40,323 nucleotides of DNA from Patescibacteria group bacterium (GTDB lineage Bacteria > Patescibacteriota > Patescibacteriia > 2-02-FULL-49-11), in contig JBFLWV010000017.1 in NCBI GenBank assembly GCA_040757655.1, positions 1 to 40,323 on the forward strand, in the 5' to 3' direction. Positions 26,949 to 36,018 of this stretch are shown here, in pieces; the stretch's first letter is position 1, and every line of letters starts with the position of its first letter. Position numbers and translations under genes: made by a program. The notes beneath the pieces are model-generated. The model ran no database searches, had not been told where the DNA came from, and saw nothing but the letters and a program-made list of their open reading frames with translations.

Positions 26949-27485
26949 ATGATTACCCTTAATCTTCTCGATCAAGAACACCGACAGCAATTATTCAAGG
27001 AATACATTGTATTGCTTTTGAGAGATAGTACCGCCATTACCCTTATCGTAGCGGCGGTGATAGCTATACTTCTTTCTGTCAGCAGATTCATTCTTTCTAA
27101 TGATCTCAATGAAACTGCAAAAAGGACAAATATAGTCGCAGCCAATAACCAGCCGATCATGCAAGCGATCAGGGAATTAAACGATGAGTTAAATGCCAAT
27201 GCATACTTCTCACAAGAGTATGTCGCCTGGTCTCATTGGCTCTCAACCTTTTCCTCACTCGTTCCCCGTGGCAATCAAATCATAACGATGGAGCTCAAGA
27301 GAAACGAACGCACGCTTCATATGGAAGGTAAGAGTAAAACACGGGATGATCTTCTTAAACTTAAAACAAATCTCGAAACATCCTCCCTTATCACGGAACT
27401 ACAATTTCCCCTTTCAAATCTCCTCCTAAAAGAAAACATACATTTTGAGCTCTCTGCTTCCATCAATCCTGAATCCCTCAAATAA
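26949..27485 (+). CDS. pilN: PilN-like protein
   Basis: N-terminal ITLNLL motif, one TM helix, ferredoxin-like domain; follows pilM. Confidence 0.75.
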   Translation: MITLNLLDQEHRQQLFKEYIVLLLRDSTAITLIVAAVIAILLSVSRFILSNDLNETAKRTNIVAANNQPIMQAIRELNDELNANAYFSQEYVAWSHWLSTFSSLVPRGNQIITMELKRNERTLHMEGKSKTRDDLLKLKTNLETSSLITELQFPLSNLLLKENIHFELSASINPESLK

Positions 27486-27490
27486 CCATC

Positions 27491-28087
27491 ATGTTTCATC
27501 TACGGCCGTTCATTATTACCGTCACCAGCCTGCTCATCGCAACAATGATTGGGGTACTGGTTATTATTCCCGCCATACGCGACATACGAACCCTCAACGA
27601 ACGCATCCACACTCAACGAAAAGCACTCGAAATACTCTATCAGCGCGGCCAAAATATCCGCACCAGCTCCACAGAATATGAAAATGTCAAAAAAGACATT
27701 CCCCTCATCACCTCTTCTTTTCTTACGTTGGGGGACGAACTTGAATTTATCACCGCCTTGGAAGCTGCAGCGAGCACCGTGGGGATGCAGCAAGTCATTA
27801 ATCTTGATACTTCCCAACATCTCACCAGCGAGGGATCTCCAGCGGAATCTCAATCTCGAAGAGTGTTATTGAGGCTTGATCTCGAAGGGAGCTTCTCGCA
27901 ATTACTATTGTATGTACGGGAGCTTGAAGCAATGCACCCTTATGTAAACATACTGAGTATCTACGCAACACATGCGTCGCGCAGTACTTTGTCAAATACC
28001 TTTTCTCCCGATGAACGAACGGTGCCGCCCGCACCATTATTGAAAATTTCTCTTACTGCCGCAACCTACTGGCGCCCCTCCCGATGA
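27491..28087 (+). CDS. pilO: PilO-like protein
   Basis: TM helix plus coiled coil and LEGSFSQLLLYVRELE; follows pilN. Confidence 0.75.
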   Translation: MFHLRPFIITVTSLLIATMIGVLVIIPAIRDIRTLNERIHTQRKALEILYQRGQNIRTSSTEYENVKKDIPLITSSFLTLGDELEFITALEAAASTVGMQQVINLDTSQHLTSEGSPAESQSRRVLLRLDLEGSFSQLLLYVRELEAMHPYVNILSIYATHASRSTLSNTFSPDERTVPPAPLLKISLTAATYWRPSR

Positions 28088-28102
28088 AATCCATCGTCTC
28101 CT

Positions 28103-28384
28103 ATGATCTTCCATAAACCTTCCTTCCTCATTTTACGCATTGCACCGCTCACCTATGTAAGTATCGTGGCACTCATCGTTATGGTGACATTACTATTTTT
28201 ATATAAGAATTTCTACCTTACGATCGCTCAGGTTGAAACCCTTGCACAATTGGAAAGGACCGTAGCTAGAGAACGTCTTAATATGAAATTATGGGACACG
28301 GTTATTCACGAACGCCTCCTCAAATTAACAGTTCCCAAAACATCGCAAGAATCTGAACTGCGTGACCCCTTCATCCCTCTCTAA
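28103..28384 (+). CDS. Small single-TM protein at the pilP position
   Basis: One TM helix and a C-terminal RDPF motif like the RDPF of PilP. Confidence 0.55.
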   Translation: MIFHKPSFLILRIAPLTYVSIVALIVMVTLLFLYKNFYLTIAQVETLAQLERTVARERLNMKLWDTVIHERLLKLTVPKTSQESELRDPFIPL

Positions 28385-28405
28385 AACGCCTCGCACACCA
28401 CTATG

Positions 28406-28430
28406 AAAATACCCCTCAAGGGGGTATTTT
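28406..28430. terminator. Bidirectional intrinsic terminator
   Basis: AAAATACCCC-tcaag-GGGGTATTTT between the convergent pil and suf/ferredoxin units. Confidence 0.75.
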
Positions 28431-28449
28431 GTATGTAGGGGGGAATTTT

Positions 28450-28671
28450 CTAGGGATAGATCTGTTTCCCATCACTATCATAAAGGAATATTGCCTTCGT
28501 AGGACAGGATTCAGCGGCCGCTTTAATAGTGGCATCATCTGCGCTTTTTGGGTCTTTCACAATCGCAATATTCTCTTTATCAAGCTCAAACACTGTGGGG
28601 GCAATAGCGACACACGACGCCGCCCCGATGCAAAGTTCTCGTTCGACAACAATTTTTCCAATTGAAACCAT
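28450..28671 (-). CDS. Monocluster ferredoxin, probably [3Fe-4S]
   Basis: CIGAASC...CPTKAI, with the second Cys replaced by Ala. Confidence 0.9.
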   Translation of the reverse strand: MVSIGKIVVERELCIGAASCVAIAPTVFELDKENIAIVKDPKSADDATIKAAAESCPTKAIFLYDSDGKQIYP

Positions 28672-28677
28672 AGTGCA

Positions 28678-29283
28678 TTATCTATAAGGGTTCATAATGG
28701 TATTGAGATCATGAATCAGTCGATGAATGTCTTCATCACTCATCCCATGCACCTTTGCGCCTGCTTCAAGGGTATCGAATGGTGATGCATAGCACGTTAC
28801 GCAGTGGAGATTGTATTCCGAAAGGACCCTGCGCGTTTCCGGCCATCGTGTGACCAGATCGCTGATATTCATTTCCTTGGTTACTACAATCGCTGGTGAT
28901 TCTTGTGCGTGTCTTATGTGGAGCGCCTTTAACCCTTTCTGAAGCGCTTTGAATGCCAGAGATGCACAATGTATCCTTCCTTGCGTAATGCTCCCTCCCA
29001 TCATCTTCAGTATATCAGATTCAGTGATTGATTCAATATCACGCACGTTTCTCCCATTAATCTGCTCGGAAAGCATGGAAGCTCCCGCCATTGAAAGTGC
29101 ACAACCGCTACCTGACCATCGGATCTCAGTGAGTATGCCCTTTTCCACCTTGAGCGCTACCATAATATAATCGCCGCAGTTTTTATTATTTTCTTCTGCG
29201 CTCACGGTAGGATTATCCAGTGTGCCGAAATTGCGTGGATGCTTATAATGGTCCAAAATTTCTTCACGATAGAGTGATGACAT
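28678..29283 (-). CDS. sufU: SufU/NifU-N protein fused to a C-terminal DUF1858-like CxxC domain
   Basis: LYREEILDHYKHPRNFG, CGD, GCALS and RIHCA, then TKEMNISDLV..WPE..LHCVTC..DTLEAGAKVHG. Confidence 0.85.
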   Translation of the reverse strand: MSSLYREEILDHYKHPRNFGTLDNPTVSAEENNKNCGDYIMVALKVEKGILTEIRWSGSGCALSMAGASMLSEQINGRNVRDIESITESDILKMMGGSITQGRIHCASLAFKALQKGLKALHIRHAQESPAIVVTKEMNISDLVTRWPETRRVLSEYNLHCVTCYASPFDTLEAGAKVHGMSDEDIHRLIHDLNTIMNPYR

Positions 29284-29299
29284 AGTATGAGAATACCTA

Positions 29300-30592
29300 T
29301 CATGAGCTAAACATCTGTCGAGCTTTCTGAAGGCCTGTCATAAGAACATCGACATCTTCCTTTGTATTATAAAGATAAAGACTCGCGCGGGCTGCCGCGC
29401 TTATACCCAATCGAGCCATAAGAGGGTGCGCGCAATGCGAGCCTGAACGAATCGCAATACCTTCATCGTCAAGAATGGTCGCAAGATCGTGCGCATGGAT
29501 ACCTCTAAGATTGAATGAGAAGAGCCCGAGACGATTTTCCATCGTGTGCGGACCATACAGGGTAAGCTCGGGTGTCTGGGTCAATCGGTGCAACGCATAT
29601 TCGCCTAATGTTTGTTCATGGCTGGTGATAATCTCCCACCCTACTTTATGTAAGTATCCCACTGCCGCCCCAAACGCGATAACCCCTGCAATATCGGGGG
29701 TCCCTGCCTCAAATTTCCATGGCGCGTCATTCCATTCAGTTTTCCCTAGGGTTACGCGCTTAATCATATCCCCCCCTGTGAGAAACGGAGGACACTTTTC
29801 CAATATTCCCCGACGTCCATATAATATTCCTACGCCCAACGGCCCTAACATCTTATGTGATGAACATGCATAGAAGTCTATCCCCAACTTCTCTACCTCG
29901 ACCGGAATATGCGGTGCAGCTTGCGCCCCATCAACCACCACGATGATACCGCGAGGCCTCGCGATTGCGGCCACTGCCGCAATATCATGTATCGTCCCGA
30001 GGACGTTCGACGCGTGCGAAAGCGCAATAAGACGTGTACGATCGGTTATCAATGAATCCAGTGATCCAACCTCTACGTCTCCTTTGTCTCTTGTGTCTTG
30101 TCTCTTGTGTCTTGTCTCTTGTGTCTTGTCTCTTGTGTCTTCAATGCATAGTCTTCCTTCTCCATCAATATCGATAACTTTCAATACTGCTCCTGTTTCC
30201 CTTGCGAGCTGTTGCCATGGTACAAAATTTGAATGATGTTCCGTAATAGATACGATGATATCGTCACCTGGCCGTAGGAATGTGCGCCCGTACGCAAAAG
30301 CAACGAGATTGAGCGCCTCGGTGGCATTCTTGGTAAAAATGATTTCTTCGCGGCTCCCTGCACCAAAAAATTGTGCCACGTCATCTCGTGTCTTTTCATA
30401 TTGCCGTGTGGCTTCTTCCGCCAATGTATGAATACCTCGATGGATATTCGCGTTGATGTGCTCATAATAAGAGCGTAACGCATCCAGCACGACACGCGGC
30501 TTCTGGCTGGTGGCTGCATTATCGAGATACACCAATCGCTTACCATGGACCGTTCGCTGCAGTATGGGGAAATCGTCTACTAAATTACTCAT
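29300..30592 (-). CDS. sufS: Cysteine desulfurase, class II
   Basis: YLDNAATSQKP, EHHSN, DGAQ, SSHKM and RSGSHCA. Confidence 0.95.
   Translation of the reverse strand: MSNLVDDFPILQRTVHGKRLVYLDNAATSQKPRVVLDALRSYYEHINANIHRGIHTLAEEATRQYEKTRDDVAQFFGAGSREEIIFTKNATEALNLVAFAYGRTFLRPGDDIIVSITEHHSNFVPWQQLARETGAVLKVIDIDGEGRLCIEDTRDKTQETRHKRQDTRDKGDVEVGSLDSLITDRTRLIALSHASNVLGTIHDIAAVAAIARPRGIIVVVDGAQAAPHIPVEVEKLGIDFYACSSHKMLGPLGVGILYGRRGILEKCPPFLTGGDMIKRVTLGKTEWNDAPWKFEAGTPDIAGVIAFGAAVGYLHKVGWEIITSHEQTLGEYALHRLTQTPELTLYGPHTMENRLGLFSFNLRGIHAHDLATILDDEGIAIRSGSHCAHPLMARLGISAAARASLYLYNTKEDVDVLMTGLQKARQMFSS
30084..30139. repeat. Perfect (TTGTCTC TTGTGTC)x4 inside sufS
   Basis: Eight heptamers encoding DTRDKTQETRHKRQDTRDK. 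Confidence 0.95.
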
Positions 30593-31208
30593 ACGGTATC
30601 ATGCATAATTGTCTCTCCAAAATAGTATGTACATAATCCGTCATCAATTCCGCAGGTATCTTTCGAATGACATTCTGAAAAAATCCTCGCACAAGAAGTC
30701 TCCCCGCCTCACTTTTTATCATCCCCCGCGATTGGAGATAAAAATAATCCTCGTCATCGAACGTGCCAATGGTGGCGCCATGGGTACAGCATACGTCGTT
30801 GGCTAAAATTTCCAAAGATGGCCGCGTCGCGATGCGCGTCAAAGGACTTAACGAAATGTTTTCATTTCTTTGATAGGCATTTGAACCGTGCGCGTTCTGT
30901 TCAATACGTATCCTTCCGTCATACTGGAATACGGCGCTGTCTACGAGTACAGTTTTTATGAGAAGATCACTGGTGGTATATGAAGCGCTATGGTGTTGAA
31001 AGGTAGAAATGCTGCACAAACCTCTCTGACCAAAAATCATTCCTACGATGCATGCGTATGCTCCTTCCTGGGCGAGGTTTACTCGAATCATTTTTCTCCC
31101 CTCACAAAAACCATACAGGAGAATATACGACTTCTCATCAGCACAAACCGTACTCGTGAGCGTGTCCTCACTCTGTTCAAGAGGGATAAGGGTCAATGTG
31201 GATGACAT
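30585..31208 (-). CDS. sufD: Short SufD
   Basis: TRPSLEILANDVCCTHGATIG..FYLQSRG; only 207 aa. Confidence 0.85.
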   Translation of the reverse strand: MSSTLTLIPLEQSEDTLTSTVCADEKSYILLYGFCEGRKMIRVNLAQEGAYACIVGMIFGQRGLCSISTFQHHSASYTTSDLLIKTVLVDSAVFQYDGRIRIEQNAHGSNAYQRNENISLSPLTRIATRPSLEILANDVCCTHGATIGTFDDEDYFYLQSRGMIKSEAGRLLVRGFFQNVIRKIPAELMTDYVHTILERQLCMIPYE

Positions 31209-31215
31209 ACCGTAA

Positions 31216-32613
31216 TTATCCTACCGATCCGTCCATCTGCAAACTAATAAGACGGTTCATCTCAACGGCATATTCCATAGGGAGTTCTTTGACTACTGGT
31301 TCAATAAACCCATTCACGATCATTGCTTCTGCAGTTGTCTTATCGAGTCCGCGGGATTGGAGATAAAACAGTTGCTCCTCTCCAATCTTGGATACACTCG
31401 CCTCATGCTCGACCGTCGCCTGGCGTTCATCGATATTCATTTCAGGATAGGTATCAGACCTCGACTGTTCATCCACAATCAATGCATCGCACACAACCTT
31501 TGACCGTGCGCGGAGAGCGCCCTTTTTCATTTTAATAAGCCCCCGATACGATGTCCTACCGCCATACTGACTTACTGATTTTGATACGACCGTGCTCGTC
31601 GTATCAGGTGCGTAGTGGATCATTTTTCCACCCGCATCTTGATGTTGCCCCCTTCCCGCTACTGCAAGGGAAAGCATCTCTCCATGTGCGTGAGGGCCGG
31701 TGAGAAAACAACTGGGATATTTCATTGTTATTTTTGATCCTAAATTACAATCGAGCCATTCTCCAGAAGCCTCTTCCTCGATGCGCATGCGTTTTGTCAC
31801 GAGGTTATATACATTATTACTCCAATTTTGGACCGTGGTATAACGGACACGCGCACCTTTTTTCACGATAATTTCAACGACCGCCGCGTGCAGCGAATCG
31901 GTTGAGTAGATCGGAGCAGTGCAACCTTCTACATAGTGAAGAAAACTCCCCTCCTCTGCAATGATCAGGGTCCGTTCAAATTGTCCCATGCGAGCCGCGT
32001 TGATGCGAAAATACGCCTGGAGCGGCAGTTCGACGTGCACCCCTGCAGGCACGTAGATAAACGAGCCGCCGGACCACACCGCGGAATTGAGCGCCGCAAA
32101 CTTGTTATCATTGACAGGGACTATGGTACCGAAATATTGCTTGACGATTTCTGGATATTCACGCAGCCCCGCATCCATACCACAGAAAATAACTCCCTGC
32201 GCTGCAAGACGCGCCTGCAGACTTCCATACACAACCTCTGATTCGTATTGAGCACTCAACCCCCCAAGCTGCTTCTTCTCATATTCTGGAATGCCAATGA
32301 GGTCATAAGTTTTCTTTATTTCCTCAGGCAATTCCTCCCAACGACGTGCTCGTTCCTCAATAGGTTTGAGGTAGTAATAGAACGCGTCAAAATCAATACT
32401 GGTAAGATCTGCGCCCCAGCGGGGAAGAGGACGGTTTTGGAAATACACAAAGCTTTTGAGGCGATATTCTCTCATCCATTCTGGTTCTTTCTTTTGACGT
32501 GAAATTTGCTCTACCACATCCTCCCCAATCCCAATCCTTGTTTTACATAGGGAACGTTCCGGCACCGAGAAGCCATAACGATAGTTCTGCGCAACAAACG
32601 GATTCTTAGACAT
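31216..32613 (-). CDS. sufB: Fe-S scaffold SufB
   Basis: AQYESE, NSAVWSGGSF, GQFERTL, YVEGCTAP and EHEASVSKI. Confidence 0.97.
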   Translation of the reverse strand: MSKNPFVAQNYRYGFSVPERSLCKTRIGIGEDVVEQISRQKKEPEWMREYRLKSFVYFQNRPLPRWGADLTSIDFDAFYYYLKPIEERARRWEELPEEIKKTYDLIGIPEYEKKQLGGLSAQYESEVVYGSLQARLAAQGVIFCGMDAGLREYPEIVKQYFGTIVPVNDNKFAALNSAVWSGGSFIYVPAGVHVELPLQAYFRINAARMGQFERTLIIAEEGSFLHYVEGCTAPIYSTDSLHAAVVEIIVKKGARVRYTTVQNWSNNVYNLVTKRMRIEEEASGEWLDCNLGSKITMKYPSCFLTGPHAHGEMLSLAVAGRGQHQDAGGKMIHYAPDTTSTVVSKSVSQYGGRTSYRGLIKMKKGALRARSKVVCDALIVDEQSRSDTYPEMNIDERQATVEHEASVSKIGEEQLFYLQSRGLDKTTAEAMIVNGFIEPVVKELPMEYAVEMNRLISLQMDGSVG

Positions 32614-33346
32614 GGAAAAAGTGCTTAAAACCTTTCTGTTCTAATTCTCGCGCGAGCTCTTTGCTTCCCGATTGTACTATCTTTCCTTGAACCATAACGT
32701 GTACAAAATGAGGCTCGATGAATTGGAGTATCCGCTGATAATGGGTAATAATAACGACGGCCATTTCACCGCTCAGTGCATGCATGATTCCCGCGGTTAC
32801 CGTTTTCAACGCGTCAATATCAAGCCCGGAGTCGGTCTCGTCCAGTATGGCATACGTGGGTTTGAGGATCATCATTTGGAGAATTTCTGCCTTCTTCTTT
32901 TCCCCACCCGAAAATCCTTCATTCAAGGGGCGATCAAGAAAGGCGTCGTCCAAGGCAAGATCTTTCAGGATACTTCGCATGAACGCTCTCAATTGTGCGA
33001 TAGAAATCTTTTCGCTGAACCGCGCGATATGTGCCTCGTGTAAAAACTGGGCAAGAGGTACACCTTGAACCTCACGGGGATGTTGAAACGCTAAAAACAC
33101 TCCTGCACGAGCGCGCATTTCAGGCGCTGCTTGAGTAATGTCATCACCATTGAGTACAATTTTTCCCTGCGTGACACAAAAGCAAGGATGCCCCATGAGC
33201 GCATGCGCGAGCGTGGATTTACCACTCCCATTCGGGCCCATCAGCGCATGAATCTCGCCAGGACGAATAGTAAGATTGACACCGTGAAGGATTTCCTTTT
33301 CATCGACGCTCACGTGGAGATTATGTATTTCTAACGCTTTTAACAT
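32606..33346 (-). CDS. sufC: Fe-S assembly ATPase SufC
   Basis: GPNGSGKST, FSGGEKKK, LDETDSGLDID and ITHYQR. Confidence 0.97.
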   Translation of the reverse strand: MLKALEIHNLHVSVDEKEILHGVNLTIRPGEIHALMGPNGSGKSTLAHALMGHPCFCVTQGKIVLNGDDITQAAPEMRARAGVFLAFQHPREVQGVPLAQFLHEAHIARFSEKISIAQLRAFMRSILKDLALDDAFLDRPLNEGFSGGEKKKAEILQMMILKPTYAILDETDSGLDIDALKTVTAGIMHALSGEMAVVIITHYQRILQFIEPHFVHVMVQGKIVQSGSKELARELEQKGFKHFFHV

Positions 33347-33365
33347 ATCAATTTCGTAACTGGTC

Positions 33366-33767
33366 CTAAATCAAATCGGCGATAGTTATTTCTTGCGCCG
33401 TATGTGAGATAGACCTAGCCAATTCATGCCATACCCTTTTGGCGGCACAATGATCTTCACGGATACAGGTAAAGTTGCCAGCACCAGGACATTTGAAGGG
33501 CGCAATATCATATTCCATACACTGTAAGATATCCTGTACGGTAAGTTTAGAAGGGTCATGCGCCAAGCGATATCCGCCTTTGACGCCGCGTTGCGCCGTG
33601 ACTATATGCGCTCTGCGGAGTGGATGAATAAGCTGTTCAAGATACTGATACGGGATTCCTGTGTCTTGTGCGATGGTATGCACTGATACCGCGCAATTAT
33701 CTCTCCATTGCCTCGCGAGCTCAATGACCGCGCGCAGGGCATATTCGGAACGGGTTGAGAACATCAT
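33366..33767 (-). CDS. Rrf2-family (IscR-like) transcriptional regulator
   Basis: STRSEYALRA, YLEQL, RGVKGGYRLA and three C-terminal Cys (C-x7-C-x5-C). Confidence 0.92.
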   Translation of the reverse strand: MMFSTRSEYALRAVIELARQWRDNCAVSVHTIAQDTGIPYQYLEQLIHPLRRAHIVTAQRGVKGGYRLAHDPSKLTVQDILQCMEYDIAPFKCPGAGNFTCIREDHCAAKRVWHELARSISHTAQEITIADLI

Positions 33768-33770
33768 AAT

Positions 33771-33789
33771 TCTGAGTTATTATATCAGA
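33771..33789. promoter_or_regulatory. Putative Rrf2 operator
   Basis: TCTGA-N9-TCAGA, 3 bp upstream of the Rrf2 start codon; resembles IscR-type sites. Confidence 0.6.
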
Positions 33790-33796
33790 TATAACT

Positions 33797-33841
33797 ATTA
33801 TGAGGATTAAATTTGACAATGTCAAATGGAGAGAGTAAAAT
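33797..33841. promoter_or_regulatory. Overlapping divergent sigma70 promoters (rpmA and suf operon)
   Basis: Plus strand TTGACA(33813)-17-TAAAAT(33836); minus strand TTGACA(33825)-17-CATAAT(33802). Confidence 0.7.
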
Positions 33842-33886
33842 GATATCGTCCAATTTAGTCTCTTGAATTAAGAATTTCTCACGCGT

Positions 33887-34165
33887 ATGGCGCATAAAAA
33901 AGCAGGAGGTTCTACCTCCTATGGCCGTGATTCGCAAGGACAACGTCTGGGAATTAAGGTATACGCAGGCGAGGTAGTCAAGCCTGGCATGATTATCGCA
34001 CGCCAGCGCGGTTTAAAATATCATATAGGCACAGGCGTAAAACGCGGATCTGACGATACTATTTATGCAATGAAAGAAGGGGTGGTGCAATTTCGCACAA
34101 AAAAACAACCGGCATTTACCGGAAGTTTGCGTCGTATAAGCGTGATAGATGTTATTGATAGATAA
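33887..34165 (+). CDS. rpmA: 50S ribosomal protein L27
   Basis: [13 protein letters not shown]...RLGIK, IIARQRG and DDTIYA. Confidence 0.97.
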   Translation: MAHKKAGGSTSYGRDSQGQRLGIKVYAGEVVKPGMIIARQRGLKYHIGTGVKRGSDDTIYAMKEGVVQFRTKKQPAFTGSLRRISVIDVIDR

Positions 34166-34349
34166 ATGCCTTCCGAGTGCTTTACGCAGCGACAATTCCC
34201 ATTAAAGGAAACAGTATGTTAGACGTACCTCTCCCCGTTCCTGCCCCTCATCCTCAGCCACCTCCTCCTCCGTATTGACCCTATGAGGAGAGAATAGTGC
34301 GCGGTAGAGAGTATACCTTTCAATAAAATTGAAAGGAGAGGGATTACAT

Positions 34350-36017
34350 TCATTTTTGTTTCATTACCGCATTGATAAATTCCTTGAACAACGGATGCGG
34401 CCGCAGGGGGCGCGACTGGAATTCGGGATGAAACTGGACACCCACCATGAATGGGTGATTTTTTATTTCTATTATTTCAACTAAATCTTTTTCTGGATTA
34501 ATTCCTGAAAAGAGAGCACCTGCCTGCATAAAACGTTCACGATAGTCATTATTAAACTCATAACGATGGCGATGGCGCTCGTTAATAATATAGGCATGAT
34601 CCAATGATTTTCTCTTCACTGCAGATGGTTCTTTAGAAACATACGCATCATATGCTTTTGTGCCTTTCATTAATTTACATTCATATGAACCAAGCCGCAT
34701 ACTTGCGCCCATATGTTTCTCCGCAAGGTTTTTTTCTTGTTCAGGTATGATATGGATAACCGGGTGTTCTGTCTTTTGGTCAAATTCTGTTGAATTAACG
34801 GATTTTAATTTCATTACCGCGCGCCCAAATTCAATAGACATCACTTGCATGCCTAAACAGAGACCAAAATACGGTACACCATGTTCGCGCGCATATTGCG
34901 CAGCGAGGATTTTCCCCTCTATTCCGCGATTCCCAAACCCCCCCGGCACTACGATACCGTCCATGGATTTTAACTTTTTCCATTCCTGTTTATTATTCTC
35001 TTCAAGTTTCTCCGAATCAATATCCTGCAGAACTAGTTTTACTTCGTGATAGGCGGCCGCAGCTTTTAAGGCTTCATGCACACTGATATATGCATCGCCA
35101 TGTGCGGTATATTTGCCAACCAAGGCGATTTTCACCTTGCGGCCGCGGCCATTTTTAATCCTGCGATTCAGCTGCTTCCAGGGAGAAAGATTTGGTTTCT
35201 TGCCCTTAAGCTGGAAATGGTGGTAGATCAATTTGGAAATACCGAAACTTTCAAAATTGATAGGAACTTCATAGAGAGATTTCACCGTGGGCGCAGGGAT
35301 GACATTTTCTGTTGGCACATCGCAGAAGAGTGCAATTTTCTCCAATAAATCCCTGGGAATTTTCTGATCTGCACGAGCAAGGATAATGTCTGGCTGGATG
35401 CCTACGCGATGGAGCTCCCGCACTGCCATCTGGGTGGGCTTTGTTTTAAGCTCTCCTGAAGTGCCGAGATAAGGAAGAAGGGTGATGAGCGCAAACAGCA
35501 CATGCTCCTGACCAATTTCTCGATGTAACTGCCGCGCAGCTTCAAGGTAAGGTTCTCCCTCGATATCGCCAACAGTGCCGCCGATTTCTATCAACAAAAA
35601 ATCTGCCTCTGCTTGCCGGGCAGTCGTGATCACTTTTTCTTTTATCGCCCCAGTGATATGAGGAATTATTTGTATGGTGCGTCCAAGGTACGCACCCTGG
35701 CGTTCATTGGCAATTACCTTTTGATAAATCTGGCCAGTAGTAATATTTGATTCCTTTGAGAGCGGCTCGTCAATAAACCGTTCGTAGTGACCAAGATCAA
35801 GATCTGCCTCATAGCCATCATCAGTGACAAACACCTCCCCATGTTGATAAGGATTCATGGTACCGGGATCCACATTTAAATAAGGATCAATCTTTAGCAC
35901 GCTCACCCGGTAACCCGCAGCTTTAAGTATCGCGCCAATAGATGCCGTCGCAATACCTTTACCTAATCCAGAACACACGCCACCAGCGACGAAGATATAT
36001 TTGGTCGATATGTTCAT
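34350..36017 (-). CDS. pyrG: CTP synthase
   Basis: GGVCSGLGKG, DPYLNVDPGTM, KTKPTQ, GLCLGMQ, ERHRHRYE and QFHPE. Confidence 0.98.
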   Translation of the reverse strand: MNISTKYIFVAGGVCSGLGKGIATASIGAILKAAGYRVSVLKIDPYLNVDPGTMNPYQHGEVFVTDDGYEADLDLGHYERFIDEPLSKESNITTGQIYQKVIANERQGAYLGRTIQIIPHITGAIKEKVITTARQAEADFLLIEIGGTVGDIEGEPYLEAARQLHREIGQEHVLFALITLLPYLGTSGELKTKPTQMAVRELHRVGIQPDIILARADQKIPRDLLEKIALFCDVPTENVIPAPTVKSLYEVPINFESFGISKLIYHHFQLKGKKPNLSPWKQLNRRIKNGRGRKVKIALVGKYTAHGDAYISVHEALKAAAAYHEVKLVLQDIDSEKLEENNKQEWKKLKSMDGIVVPGGFGNRGIEGKILAAQYAREHGVPYFGLCLGMQVMSIEFGRAVMKLKSVNSTEFDQKTEHPVIHIIPEQEKNLAEKHMGASMRLGSYECKLMKGTKAYDAYVSKEPSAVKRKSLDHAYIINERHRHRYEFNNDYRERFMQAGALFSGINPEKDLVEIIEIKNHPFMVGVQFHPEFQSRPLRPHPLFKEFINAVMKQK

Positions 36018-36018
36018 A

